From a virus (Duplodnaviria; Caudoviricetes): a DNA stretch of 33,228 bases. The position numbers and the translations under genes were made by a program. The DNA is taken from positions 1 to 33,228 of the IMG/VR virus record IMGVR_UViG_3300042465_007555; one strand, written 5' to 3'. How positions within the stretch are numbered: position 1 is the stretch's first letter; every line of letters begins with the position of its first letter. Below are positions 10,279 to 19,280 of this stretch, piece after piece. Below the pieces are notes generated by a model. The model worked only from the letters and a program-made list of their open reading frames with translations, did not search any database and had not been told where the DNA came from.

Positions 10279-10614
10279 ATGGCATTCTTGACCTTTCCCC
10301 GCGCTGCCAAGGCGCTCATTGGCTCCAAGCTCCGGGCCACCTCCTCGGGCGTGAGCCTTGCCACTCCTTGGGGATCGCATTTGGACTTTGATGTGAGCCC
10401 CACCGAGGCGGCTGAGCTGGCCAGCCTCTTTGAGGGCTTGGCGGCGGCCTTTCGCGCTAGGGGTGAGGTGGCTCCCGCTGCCACCGTAGCGGAGGAGCCC
10501 TCGCCCCCTGCTAGTGATAGCGTGGAGGCCCGTGAGGCTTTCCCTAATGTGGATCCTCATGTAGTGGGCCTTGCCAAGGTCAAACGGGCCTATACCAAGA
10601 AGGTGAAACCATGA
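10279..10614 (+). CDS. Hypothetical protein with basic C-terminus
   Basis: 111 aa, fills the gap and is ATGA-coupled to the endolysin; ends AKVKRAYTKKVKP. Confidence 0.55.
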   Translation: MAFLTFPRAAKALIGSKLRATSSGVSLATPWGSHLDFDVSPTEAAELASLFEGLAAAFRARGEVAPAATVAEEPSPPASDSVEAREAFPNVDPHVVGLAKVKRAYTKKVKP

Positions 10615-11192
10615 GCGATCTCAAAGAGAAACTAGTGGCCTCCGCTCTCAAGGAGCTCTCCCTCCATGTGGTGGAGGAGGGCGGCCCCAATCGCGGTGTC
10701 AAGGTGGAGGCCTACCAGCGGGCCGCGGGGCTCAAGCCCGGTGACCCATGGTGCGCGGCCTTTGTGGCTTGGAATGTGGCAACGGCCAAGGGCGTGCCCA
10801 AGGCTCCCGCGTGGACTAGCGGCTCGGCCATCACTACATGGCAGCGCGGCTCACGCGGGCTTGCGGCTGGTGACAAGGCCACCCCAAGCGAGGGCGCGGC
10901 CTTGCCCGCCAAGGTTGCTCCCGGTTGGGTGTGGGTGCGGGCCTCCAATGCGGCGGATGCGGATGCGGCCCGCAAAGGCGGGTGGACTAAAGGCCATTGC
11001 GGGATCGTGGTGGCCGTTGACGCGGTGGGCTTCCACACGGTGGAGGGCAACACCAACGCAGCGGGCAGCCGTGAGGGTGATGGGGTTTGGCGCAAGACCC
11101 ACAAGTGGTCGGATGCGGTGCAGATCGGACGCACCGTGGGCTGGTTTGACCCCGATGCAACGGAAGCGGCGGCGGCGGCTCCCAAGGCTTGA
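10611..11192 (+). CDS. Endolysin, CHAP/NlpC-P60-type cysteine peptidoglycan hydrolase
   Basis: Motifs EEGGPNRG, PWCAAFV (catalytic Cys), GHCGIV (His), TVEGNT; no separate cell-wall-binding domain seen. Confidence 0.85.
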   Translation: MSDLKEKLVASALKELSLHVVEEGGPNRGVKVEAYQRAAGLKPGDPWCAAFVAWNVATAKGVPKAPAWTSGSAITTWQRGSRGLAAGDKATPSEGAALPAKVAPGWVWVRASNAADADAARKGGWTKGHCGIVVAVDAVGFHTVEGNTNAAGSREGDGVWRKTHKWSDAVQIGRTVGWFDPDATEAAAAAPKA

Positions 11193-11252
11193 TCTTTGCC
11201 GCCACTTTGACCAAACCATGCGGGCACTTCCGCACCCTCTTGGAGCTGGCCC

Positions 11253-11501
11253 ATGTTGAAACTGACACACTCCAAGGGGCGGCTCAATGGCGGCCTCACG
11301 GCGGGAGCAATCCTTGGCGCTGGCATCCCCATCTTGGCGGTGGTGGCCACGGGCGGGCTAGCAGCGGTGCCCCTCACGCTATGGCTAGGCCTTGGCGGTG
11401 CCATCTCGGGGCTCTTTGCGGGCAATGTGGAGCGCAAGACACCCGTGGAGCGGGCGCTTGACGTGGACGCGGCCAAGACCTCGGCCAGCTCGGGTGAGTG
11501 A
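11253..11501 (+). CDS. Holin-like small membrane protein
   Basis: 82 aa with two Gly/Ala-rich hydrophobic segments and a charged tail; GGAG RBS; follows the endolysin. Confidence 0.55.
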   Translation: MLKLTHSKGRLNGGLTAGAILGAGIPILAVVATGGLAAVPLTLWLGLGGAISGLFAGNVERKTPVERALDVDAAKTSASSGE

Positions 11502-11805
11502 GCCCAAGGTCACGGGCAGCGTGGAGGCCTTGGCGGCCCGTGCGGTGGTCGGCTTGCCCACTATGTGGCGGGTGGTGACCATCATGGGCTCCCTTGCCTC
11601 CTCCTTGATCCTCTTGCTTGGCTCCTTTGCCTTCAACATGATGCGGGAGGAGTGGAAGGAGCTCCGGGCCGAGGTCAAAGAGATGCGCCACCGGCTTGAT
11701 GAGATGCCTTCCGGGCAGATCCTCAATAGGCTGGCCGATGATGTGCAAGATCTTGGGCGTAGGGTTGACCGCTTGGAGACCCAGATCAACAATTGGGATG
11801 AGTGA
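11494..11805 (+). CDS. Single-TM plus coiled-coil lysis-cassette protein
   Basis: Probable GTG start at 11494; TM segment VVTIMGSLASSLILLLGSFAF followed by heptad-like WKELRAEVKEMRHRLD...LGRRVDRLETQI. Confidence 0.55.
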   Translation: MSEPKVTGSVEALAARAVVGLPTMWRVVTIMGSLASSLILLLGSFAFNMMREEWKELRAEVKEMRHRLDEMPSGQILNRLADDVQDLGRRVDRLETQINNWDE

Positions 11806-12206
11806 CCATGATTGAACAAGATCCCACCATCACTCTCTCCGATGCGTTGGCACGAGCTGCTATTGCGGAGGCCGAGGTGGCCCGCCTCAATCGGGGCATT
11901 GCCATTGAGATCGCCGCCGCCGATCGGAAGGCTGCCCGCAAGCTCTCGATCCTCCGCCTCATCTTCCTTGGCATCGCGGCGCTCATGGGCTTCCTTGGCA
12001 TCCTCACGCTCATCAATTGGTATGTGCCCGGCAGCGTCGATAAAGACGGCATCGGGACATCCTACTTTCAAATGAGCAAAGATATCCTGCTAGTTATGAC
12101 GGGCATCTTGGGCTCGGCCATGGCCAATGTATTCGACGCGGGCAGCCGTAGTCCGGGCAGCGCGGGCGATCGCGGGGCGGCCCCACCTGAGACCCCGCCC
12201 GACTAG
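11802..12206 (+). CDS. Two-TM membrane protein in the lysis cassette
   Basis: 134 aa, GTGA-coupled; TM segments ILRLIFLGIAALMGFLGILTLINW and ILLVMTGILGSAMANVF. Confidence 0.6.
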   Translation: MTMIEQDPTITLSDALARAAIAEAEVARLNRGIAIEIAAADRKAARKLSILRLIFLGIAALMGFLGILTLINWYVPGSVDKDGIGTSYFQMSKDILLVMTGILGSAMANVFDAGSRSPGSAGDRGAAPPETPPD

Positions 12207-12865
12207 GCTTGGAGCATGAGGGGCCCCACGGGCAGGGCGCTCTTGGGCTCAAGGGCTAGCCAAGCGGCCCATGAGGCTTGATCCATGGGCACGCTCTTGG
12301 TGAGCTCATCCCACGGGGCCAGCGGGCGGAGCGGCCCACCTTCTTGGATGCGGTAGAGCCTCCGGGCACGGGCTTTCCCGCCTTCCCTCCGATTGACCCA
12401 AGTGGTCAATTTCTTTTCTTGGAGGAGCGGGTAGAGGTCTTCAATCTTCGCCCACCAGCAGCCCGCATAGCCCCGCGGCTTGAACCCATTGATGAGCACC
12501 GCGGGATTGATCCTCATCACAAAGACCACCGCCACGGGGGCGCATTGCTCGGCGGCAACCTCCGCATAAGATCGGATCTGTTGATCCTCCATGACGGTCT
12601 CAATTGGCCCCTTGGTGCCCCCCTCTTGCCACCAATCATGCTTGGCCTTGACCTCCACCAGCGTGGCCCCCTTGCCCACCTCAAGCTTGATGAGGTCGGG
12701 CATGGGCCGCTTTTGTGCATCATAGTAGGATGCTCCCCCTACCGGGTGATCCGCTGGCCAAACGCGAATCTTTGGATTGTGTGCAAGGTAGGCGGCAACG
12801 GCCTCTTGCGCCACCAGCCCGATGGCATGGGCATCCTCAAAGGTGCGGTGCTCAAGGCGGCTCAC
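12203..12865 (-). CDS. PD-(D/E)XK restriction-endonuclease-like nuclease
   Basis: IGLVAQEAVAAYL helix, then MPDL...LVEVKAK catalytic motif and QIRSY helix; last gene of the early arm. Confidence 0.65.
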   Translation of the reverse strand: MSRLEHRTFEDAHAIGLVAQEAVAAYLAHNPKIRVWPADHPVGGASYYDAQKRPMPDLIKLEVGKGATLVEVKAKHDWWQEGGTKGPIETVMEDQQIRSYAEVAAEQCAPVAVVFVMRINPAVLINGFKPRGYAGCWWAKIEDLYPLLQEKKLTTWVNRREGGKARARRLYRIQEGGPLRPLAPWDELTKSVPMDQASWAAWLALEPKSALPVGPLMLQA

Positions 12866-13962
12866 TTGTCACCCCCGCTGGTGGTGTTGCGGAGTGCCTT
12901 TTGCTCCCGCTTGAAGATGGCTTGGAGAGACCGCTCAAGGCGCTTGGCTTTGGCGGCGGCTGCTATGCCATCGGCCAGCTCTTGAAGTTTGGCCTTGGCC
13001 CTCTCCTCCCTTGCCGCCCGTTGCTTGGCGGTGCGCTCCCGCTCCTTGGCCGCGGCCTTGGCCTTGACCTTGGCAGCATAGGCGGGATCCTCCGCCATCC
13101 GCTCCTTGAGGCGATCCCGCCGCTTTGCATACTCCTTGGCCTTGCGGGCTGAGATAGCCTCCGGGGTGTTGCGGGCAGCCTTGGCGGCGGCGGTAGCGGC
13201 TCGGGCATCCGCATTGCGGGCACGCTCCCGCTCCCTTTGCTTGGCCTTCCATTGGGCGTTGTATTCCTTATCTTTGGCCCGCTTCTCGGCCAGCCGCTTG
13301 GCATGGGCAATGTTAGCAGCCTTGGCGGTCTCCTTGCGGCGGGCCTCACGGTTGGCCTCCACCGCGGCCTTCTTGGCCTCGGCCTCTTGCTCCTTGGCGG
13401 CCTTCTCCGCTGCTATCGCGGCAATGCGGGCCACGGCCTCCGCCTTCTCCTCCTCGGTGAGGCGCGGGCGGGCTTGGGGGGTCTTGCGGGTGGAGTGGCG
13501 CGGCCCGGTCTCCTTGAGGCTCACCCATCCCTTGCTCTCCACGGGGGCAAGAGGGGCGGGCGCGGTGGCGGGGGCTACGGTGGCAGGGGCCAGCGGTTCA
13601 ACCTTGGGGATGAGGGCCACCGCGGCCTTCTTGCCATGGCGGCGGATGGCTTGCACCTCCCGGAGCGTGGGGGTGTCTTGGGAGCGGTTGCGCCCTCCTC
13701 CGTTGCGGGTGCGGGCTTCTTGCTCCTTGGCCTTCCGATTCTCATGGGCAAGCCAAGTGTGAGCGGCGGCCACAAGGTCGCAAGAGGCCTCCCACTCGGT
13801 GAGCGTGGGCAAGGGGCAAGTGGCCAGCAGGGGTGAGAGCCATGCCCCGCGGTCTATCACTAGGCGGCGCATGGCTATGGCCTCCGGGTGGCCAGCGTGA
13901 GCCCGATCGGATGCGGTGCGGTGGCGGATGGCTGCGGGATGTTGGGTGTTGGTAGCGGTCAC
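12862..13962 (-). CDS. Ala/Lys/Arg/Glu-rich helical hypothetical protein
   Basis: 366 aa, GTGA overlaps at both ends; C-terminal half is low-complexity charged helix. Confidence 0.65.
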   Translation of the reverse strand: MTATNTQHPAAIRHRTASDRAHAGHPEAIAMRRLVIDRGAWLSPLLATCPLPTLTEWEASCDLVAAAHTWLAHENRKAKEQEARTRNGGGRNRSQDTPTLREVQAIRRHGKKAAVALIPKVEPLAPATVAPATAPAPLAPVESKGWVSLKETGPRHSTRKTPQARPRLTEEEKAEAVARIAAIAAEKAAKEQEAEAKKAAVEANREARRKETAKAANIAHAKRLAEKRAKDKEYNAQWKAKQRERERARNADARAATAAAKAARNTPEAISARKAKEYAKRRDRLKERMAEDPAYAAKVKAKAAAKERERTAKQRAAREERAKAKLQELADGIAAAAKAKRLERSLQAIFKREQKALRNTTSGGDK

Positions 13963-15191
13963 GGGTCTCCAAAGAGTGAGAGTTGGCGGGTGGCTTCAAA
14001 GGCGGCGGCGGCCTCCTCGGCCTCCAAGCGGAGGGCGTAGGCAATGCGGGCAGCGGCGATCTCAAGGTAGGAGGGGTCAAGGTCGCACCCTGCAAAGCGG
14101 GCACCTTCCAAGATGGCGGCCTTGCCCGTGGAGCCCGACCCCATGAAGGGATCTAGCACTAGGCCACCGGGCGGGGTGACTAGGCGCACAAGGTGGCGCA
14201 TGAGCTCAGTGGGCTTGACGGTGGGATGATGATTCCGGGCAAGTGAGGTGCGGAGGTTGGGCACATGGTGGTCGGTCTCCCGCCCATCGGTGCGCCTCAC
14301 CTCGGCCAGCTCTTCGCACCCCTCCTCCCGATCGGCGGATGAGGTCTTGGCGCAATAGAAGAAGCGTGAGGCCTCACCGAGGGGAGCCTCGGCCTCCGTG
14401 GATCCATCATGCATGAAATTGGCGGGCCAGCGGCCTTGGGTGCTGCCCGTGGCATAGGAGGGCGCAAGGTTGCCCCCGTGATAGCCCATCTCGGCGGTGT
14501 TGCGGCGGCTGGTGACCTCCGCCCCTATCCTACACCCATCCACATTGATGGCCCCCGTGCCATGCTTCAAGAGGTTGGCGGCCACGGTGCCCTCCAAGGG
14601 CTTGCGGGCCATGAGGATCGGCTCCCAAGCGGGCTTGAGGGCGGTGCCCCATCCTTGCCATGCGGAGGCCTCGGGCGTGGCGGGGCTGGTGAGGTCAAAG
14701 GTTTGATCTCTTGCTCCCGCGGGCTTGCCACCTTCGCGGCTCTTGGCCTCAAAACCTTGAGAGCTCACCCCGCTAGAAGATTGCCCCACCACCTCCCGCG
14801 TGGCTCCCGCTGCCCGATCGATCGCCTTGAATGCGTCAAGAGACTTGGGGAAGCCCGAGCCATAGACCCAACAGCAGCAATCGCGGATCTCCCACCCCGC
14901 ATCCTCAATGGCAACGGCCATGCGGTGAAAGGCTCGAGTGCCTCCAAAGGCCAAGAGATAGGCTCCGGGCTTGGCCACCCTCAAGGCCTCCGCCCAAAAG
15001 GTCACACCGGGCACGCCCCGATCCCACTCCTTGCCCATGAAGCCGCGCCCGCTGGTGGCATTCTCCAAGGTGGTGGTGGGGCCGCTGGCCAGCCCGTAGG
15101 GTGGATCGGTGACGATGGCATCCACCGAGGCCGCATCCATGGCGGCCATGCTCACGCGGCAATCTCCGAGGTGGAGAGCGTAGCGGCTCAC
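13959..15191 (-). CDS. DNA amino-methyltransferase (N6-adenine/N4-cytosine, beta class)
   Basis: LHLGDC, VDAIVTDPPY (motif IV) precedes HPTVKP and VLDPFMGSGSTG (motif I). Confidence 0.92.
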   Translation of the reverse strand: MSRYALHLGDCRVSMAAMDAASVDAIVTDPPYGLASGPTTTLENATSGRGFMGKEWDRGVPGVTFWAEALRVAKPGAYLLAFGGTRAFHRMAVAIEDAGWEIRDCCCWVYGSGFPKSLDAFKAIDRAAGATREVVGQSSSGVSSQGFEAKSREGGKPAGARDQTFDLTSPATPEASAWQGWGTALKPAWEPILMARKPLEGTVAANLLKHGTGAINVDGCRIGAEVTSRRNTAEMGYHGGNLAPSYATGSTQGRWPANFMHDGSTEAEAPLGEASRFFYCAKTSSADREEGCEELAEVRRTDGRETDHHVPNLRTSLARNHHPTVKPTELMRHLVRLVTPPGGLVLDPFMGSGSTGKAAILEGARFAGCDLDPSYLEIAAARIAYALRLEAEEAAAAFEATRQLSLFGDP

Positions 15192-15376
15192 GGCTCACCC
15201 CTATCCTCAAGGAGGAGGGTGGTCACATAGGCAAAGAAGGTCACCATGAGGATGATGAGGATGGCATTGGAGCGGGTGGTGGGCGGGAGCTCCATGGTGG
15301 AGACCTTGGCCACCAGCAGCCCGCCGATGAGCCACCCAACAGCCCGCCAAAGGCTTGGAGGCTTGGGCACCCTCAC
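15188..15376 (-). CDS. Small two-TM membrane protein (62 aa)
   Basis: GTG start at 15376 overlaps the upstream TGA; hydrophobic LWRAVGWLIGGLLVA and AILIILMVTFFAYVTTLLL. Confidence 0.6.
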   Translation of the reverse strand: MRVPKPPSLWRAVGWLIGGLLVAKVSTMELPPTTRSNAILIILMVTFFAYVTTLLLEDRGEP

Positions 15377-15663
15377 GGGGCACCCTTGGGCAGCTGAGCC
15401 GCTCCCGCGTGAAAGGCGGCCAAGGTGGCCAGCCCGATGGCACGCCAATCCTTGCCAAAGGTGCGGTAGCCAAAATCTAGGCCGCGGGCCTTGGCGATTG
15501 CGAATTGGTAGCCCGTGAGGCTCCGATCAAGTCGCAAGTGGAGCTCAAAGGGGCCAAAGATGGCAATCATGCTATGGCCCCAAGGGTCGGGGCTCCACAC
15601 TCCGCCAAAGGTGGCCTCAAGCTCTTCTACGGTGGGGAGGGTAACAGCGGGCAAGGTGCTCAT
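15373..15663 (-). CDS. Hypothetical protein (96 aa)
   Basis: ATG at 15663 (MSTLPAVT) just after the resolvase stop; fills the operon. Confidence 0.6.
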   Translation of the reverse strand: MSTLPAVTLPTVEELEATFGGVWSPDPWGHSMIAIFGPFELHLRLDRSLTGYQFAIAKARGLDFGYRTFGKDWRAIGLATLAAFHAGAAQLPKGAP

Positions 15664-15689
15664 GGGGTCACGGGGGTTAGGGGTTGGGG

Positions 15690-16172
15690 TTAGGGGCTGA
15701 GCTTCCAAGGGCCGTGGGTGCGTGCCCACTCTGCTATCCACACCGCGTCACACTCGGCCAGCGTGAAGCGGCGGCCCCATCGGGCCTCGGCCAGCTCCTT
15801 GAGGGCTCTCTTGTGCGTGGTGGGGGTCTCCCGCTTGGGGAGGCCAAGATCACGCTGCCAAGCGGAGGGGGTCACGCTCTCCACCTTGACCTCGGAGCAA
15901 AGGAGGCCACCGATTGCCTCCCCATAGACCCTTCCGAAAGTGAAGGTGGAGGCTACCCCTTGGCGGGGCATGGCTCCCACCCGCTCAATGGCGGCGGAGA
16001 GGTCGGGCTCAAGCTTGGCAACAGCCCGGATGTGATCGGCCACAATGAGGGCAATGCGGCCATGGGTCTCGGCCTCGGAGAAGCGGGAGATCTCAAGGAT
16101 GGCTCCCGCGCTGGTGAGGCTAGCGATCGCCCCATTGCAGCCCGGGTCAACGCCCAAGAAGATGCGGCTCAT
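15690..16172 (-). CDS. RuvC-like Holliday junction resolvase
   Basis: IFLGVDPG, AAIERV, FTFGRVYG, VTPSAWQ and ECDAVWIA motifs of phage RuvC-like proteins. Confidence 0.85.
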   Translation of the reverse strand: MSRIFLGVDPGCNGAIASLTSAGAILEISRFSEAETHGRIALIVADHIRAVAKLEPDLSAAIERVGAMPRQGVASTFTFGRVYGEAIGGLLCSEVKVESVTPSAWQRDLGLPKRETPTTHKRALKELAEARWGRRFTLAECDAVWIAEWARTHGPWKLSP

Positions 16173-16420
16173 GGCAACACCTCCGCGATCTCACGCAAGG
16201 AGGCTGAGATGGTATCCAAGACCTCCATGGTCTCCCAAGTGTCATGCTCCACTTGATCCGCCGCGTCACTCAAAGCCTCACGGGCACCCCGCAAGACCTC
16301 ATGGGCCACGGCCAGCTGCCTTTGCAGCTCATCCGCCCGACCCTCCGCCGCGTCAAGCTTCCGCCGCATCTCCACCAAGCCCTCACCGAGCATCTTGGCC
16401 AATGGATCGATCGTGCTCAT
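16169..16420 (-). CDS. Small coiled-coil hypothetical protein
   Basis: 83 aa, ATGA-coupled on both sides, GGAGG RBS. Confidence 0.65.
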   Translation of the reverse strand: MSTIDPLAKMLGEGLVEMRRKLDAAEGRADELQRQLAVAHEVLRGAREALSDAADQVEHDTWETMEVLDTISASLREIAEVLP

Positions 16421-16797
16421 GGCGCACCTCCCGCTTCACGCTTCACGCGGGGCCGCCGCCTAGCAGCGTTGGCCGCCAACCTTGCGGCGCTTGGGTAGTA
16501 ATAGACCCCCGCCTTGACCCGTGGCCATGCCTCAATGGCCGCTTGGAGGGCCACCGCTGCCCGGATGGCATCAAGCTCCACCGTGGGAGCCTCACCAGCC
16601 TCCAAGGCACCGCGGCGGAGGCCTAGCAGCCCTTCCCACCACTCATGCAAGAAGGCGCTCTTGAGCGTGCTCCGCACTCGCACCGCCAAGGTTTGACGGG
16701 TCACCCCAAGCCCGCGGGCTAGGTGGGCTTGCGTGCCATAGATCTCCGCCACCCGTGCCCGGATGATGCCCGGAGCCTTCTCATAGGTCACGCCCAT
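16417..16797 (-). CDS. HTH DNA-binding protein (Cro/XRE-like)
   Basis: YGTQAHLARGLGVTRQTLAVRV helix-turn-helix. Confidence 0.65.
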   Translation of the reverse strand: MGVTYEKAPGIIRARVAEIYGTQAHLARGLGVTRQTLAVRVRSTLKSAFLHEWWEGLLGLRRGALEAGEAPTVELDAIRAAVALQAAIEAWPRVKAGVYYYPSAARLAANAARRRPRVKREAGGAP

Positions 16798-17648
16798 GGA
16801 AACTCTCCCGCGCTCTCATCTTCCAAGGCCGCATCCATGCCATCGGCGGTGGCATCCACCACGGGCATAGCCTCATCCTCATTGGGCACCACGGCGGGCG
16901 GCGGCGGGGGCACCATGCGGGCACCACCAACGGCCACGGGCACCGCCTCCACCTTCACCCGCTCGGGCTGGTAGAGAGGAGCCTCCGCCTTATCGGCCAG
17001 CTCCAAGGCATCGGCCATGGAGACCGAGCGAGGGAGATACTTGGCAGCGCGGCGCAACACGGTCTTGCGTGCCATCTCCGCCCAATCGGTGGCCCATGGG
17101 CCGCTCTTGCCCGCCCGTGCCCGGTTGCGGATGGCATCCACATCCTCCTTGGCCATCCACTCAAAGACGTGCTCTCCGCTGGTGAGCACCGCGTGGCAAT
17201 AGACCCCAAGGATTGGATCGGCTCCCTTGCGGCGGAGGTTGGGGTGGTGGCGAAAGGGCGGGGTGCTCTCCAAGGTGACCTCAAAGAGATCCGAATCATA
17301 GACCACGCGGGCGGAGATGGCAGCGATCTCCCCGGAGCGGCGAATGAGCTGCAAAAGGCCTTGGTAGCCCACAATGAGGGTGCACTCGGTGCCATGGGGC
17401 ACAAGGTAGCAAGAGCCTAGCACATGGGGCTCAAGGCCGAGCTGGCTTGCCATCATGATGGCGGCCATCACGCTAGGCGGGGAGCACTTGGAGAGCCCGG
17501 GGTTGGTGCGGAAGGCCGTGAGGGCAAGGCGCACCATGCGATCGGGCGTGAGGTGCGCGGGCAGGGCCGCCCGCATTTGCTCCTTGGTGGAGGCGGAAAG
17601 GAGCCACTCGGCTACGGGGTGATCTTGGCGGGATAGTTGGGTGCTCAT
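16788..17648 (-). CDS. recT: RecT-family single-strand annealing protein
   Basis: ALPAHLTPDRMVRLAL, ASQLGLEP, CYLVP, IVGYQGLLQLIRRSG, GPWATDWAEMARKTVLRRAAKYLP; start ATG 17648. Confidence 0.93.
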   Translation of the reverse strand: MSTQLSRQDHPVAEWLLSASTKEQMRAALPAHLTPDRMVRLALTAFRTNPGLSKCSPPSVMAAIMMASQLGLEPHVLGSCYLVPHGTECTLIVGYQGLLQLIRRSGEIAAISARVVYDSDLFEVTLESTPPFRHHPNLRRKGADPILGVYCHAVLTSGEHVFEWMAKEDVDAIRNRARAGKSGPWATDWAEMARKTVLRRAAKYLPRSVSMADALELADKAEAPLYQPERVKVEAVPVAVGGARMVPPPPPAVVPNEDEAMPVVDATADGMDAALEDESAGEFPWA

Positions 17649-17726
17649 GCGGGTCTCTCTCTGGTGGTGGCCCATGGTGGGCCGTGGGGAAGGGGGCAAG
17701 GCGGGGGTTGCACCCGCCCCTTGGGG

Positions 17727-18773
17727 CTACTCCCCTTTGCCCTTGCGCGGTGCGGTCACGCGGCAAGACGGGCTCACGGTGGTCACCTTGCGGAAGGCGG
17801 CCACGATCTCCGGGTGGGCAGCCTCAAGCCCCTTGGTGTCAAGGCCCACCCGCTCCGATGCGGCGGAGAAGGCGCTCTTCACGCCCGAGGGCGCGGCCAG
17901 CTTGGCGGCCACCTTGTGCGCCTCAAGGATCACCCGCTTGGCCTCATCTTGCTCCGCCTCCAAGGCCTTGATCTCCGCCCCAAGGGCCACATAGCGATCC
18001 ATGGCAGCGGCCACCTCGGGCTCCGCTTCCGCTGGCCCTTCCGATCGCGGGTGGATGGTGCGGGCGATATCCTCAAGCTCATCCGCATCCGAGGCATCTG
18101 GGAGGCGGCCTTGGGGGTCTTGCACCCATGCCATCACGCTCTTGGCCACGGTGGTCACAATCTCCGCCGCATCTCGGTTGGCCTCAATGGGGATGAGGTG
18201 GAATTGGTAGACCGTCCACACCGCAAGCCACCCAAGGGGGCACCCGGTCACGGCCAGCTGAGCTTGGACTTGCCACCAATATGCAAGGCGGAGGTCACCA
18301 GCGGGCACGGCGGAGAAGTCGCCATCGGCAACGGCCTCCCAATCGGAGCGGGAGCGGTCAAGCTTGGCCTCCACGGTGGCCAGCACGCGGGAGCTATCCA
18401 CATGGTAGACCAGCCCATCGGGCGTGGCGGAGGCGGCCCCATCGGAGAAGGCCCGCTCATTGCCTCTGAGCTCACACCCGGGGGCAAGGTCAATGTGGCG
18501 GAGGGCAATCTTGAGGATCACCTCCTCCGCATCCCTGCCCGCTGCCATGGCTTCATTGCCCGCGGGCGGAGCCACCAGCGCCAAGAGGTCACGCTTGGAG
18601 AGGATGAGGCCAAGGAGGCCGCCGTAGGGGCTCACGCCGATGGCACGGGCCACCTCGGATGCGCCAAGGGTGGTGCCACGGGCGCGGTGCCACTCCGGGC
18701 TATCCTTGGGGAAGGCGGGCATGGCCACCGCGGAAACATTGGGGAGGATGAGGTCAAACATTGGAGTAGCCAT
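17727..18773 (-). CDS. YqaJ / lambda-exonuclease-family recombination exonuclease
   Basis: EWHRAR..LGASEVA, GRDAEE, ATPDGL, VEAK, YWWQVQAQLAVTG; directly upstream of RecT. Confidence 0.88.
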   Translation of the reverse strand: MATPMFDLILPNVSAVAMPAFPKDSPEWHRARGTTLGASEVARAIGVSPYGGLLGLILSKRDLLALVAPPAGNEAMAAGRDAEEVILKIALRHIDLAPGCELRGNERAFSDGAASATPDGLVYHVDSSRVLATVEAKLDRSRSDWEAVADGDFSAVPAGDLRLAYWWQVQAQLAVTGCPLGWLAVWTVYQFHLIPIEANRDAAEIVTTVAKSVMAWVQDPQGRLPDASDADELEDIARTIHPRSEGPAEAEPEVAAAMDRYVALGAEIKALEAEQDEAKRVILEAHKVAAKLAAPSGVKSAFSAASERVGLDTKGLEAAHPEIVAAFRKVTTVSPSCRVTAPRKGKGE

Positions 18774-19170
18774 CCGCGATCTGAGTGAGGGTGGTGGCGG
18801 CCTCTTGGGTGTAGACCATGAGCTTGGCCAACACGGTGGTGAGCGGCTCCGAGGTGGCCAGCGGCTGCCAATCCGCGATCGCGCTGGTGGTCATGGTGCT
18901 CATCACGGGGAGCACGCTGGTGGCGGGCAGCCCTGCCCAACCCTTCTTGGTGGGCTCCACGGCGCGGGAGAGGTGGAGATGGAGAGCGCCCTTGGTGGTG
19001 GAGCTGGTGCTCACATTGAGGCGGTAGACCACCGAGGCTCCGGGCACGGGGATGGTGGTGCCAAAGGCCGCGTCACCGATGCTGCAAAGCGTGGGAGCCC
19101 ACTCATGCTCAGTGGTGGCAAAGGCCTCATGGAGAAGAGGCAAGAGGATGGCGAGGGTAACATGATCCAT
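18754..19170 (-). CDS. Hypothetical protein (138 aa)
   Basis: ATG at 19170 preceded by AAAGGAAG; overlaps the exonuclease start. Confidence 0.6.
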   Translation of the reverse strand: MDHVTLAILLPLLHEAFATTEHEWAPTLCSIGDAAFGTTIPVPGASVVYRLNVSTSSTTKGALHLHLSRAVEPTKKGWAGLPATSVLPVMSTMTTSAIADWQPLATSEPLTTVLAKLMVYTQEAATTLTQIADGYSNV

Positions 19171-19280
19171 GGCGGGTCTTCCTTTGCCCTTGCGGGCGGT
19201 TTGCGGGGGTGCATCCCCGCGGGTGAGTGCTCTTGGGTGGTCTTGCACCACCCGGAGGGCTTGGCCCGAGAGCGGGGCGG

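Noticed and set aside
15664-15696. GGGGTTAGGGGTTGGGGTTAGGGG telomere-like / G-quadruplex run
   Set aside because: Short single intergenic C-rich leader on the coding strand, similar to other leaders here; no further support.
15690-16172. RuvC fold as TnpB/Cas12 or transposase
   Set aside because: Only 160 aa with resolvase-type motifs, in a recombination operon, with no guide RNA region or IS ends.
17637-18788. Long antisense ORFs (383 aa here; also 31495-32631, 28175-29146, 14409-15230)
   Set aside because: They mirror well-supported genes on the opposite strand, as expected at high GC, and show no recognisable motifs.
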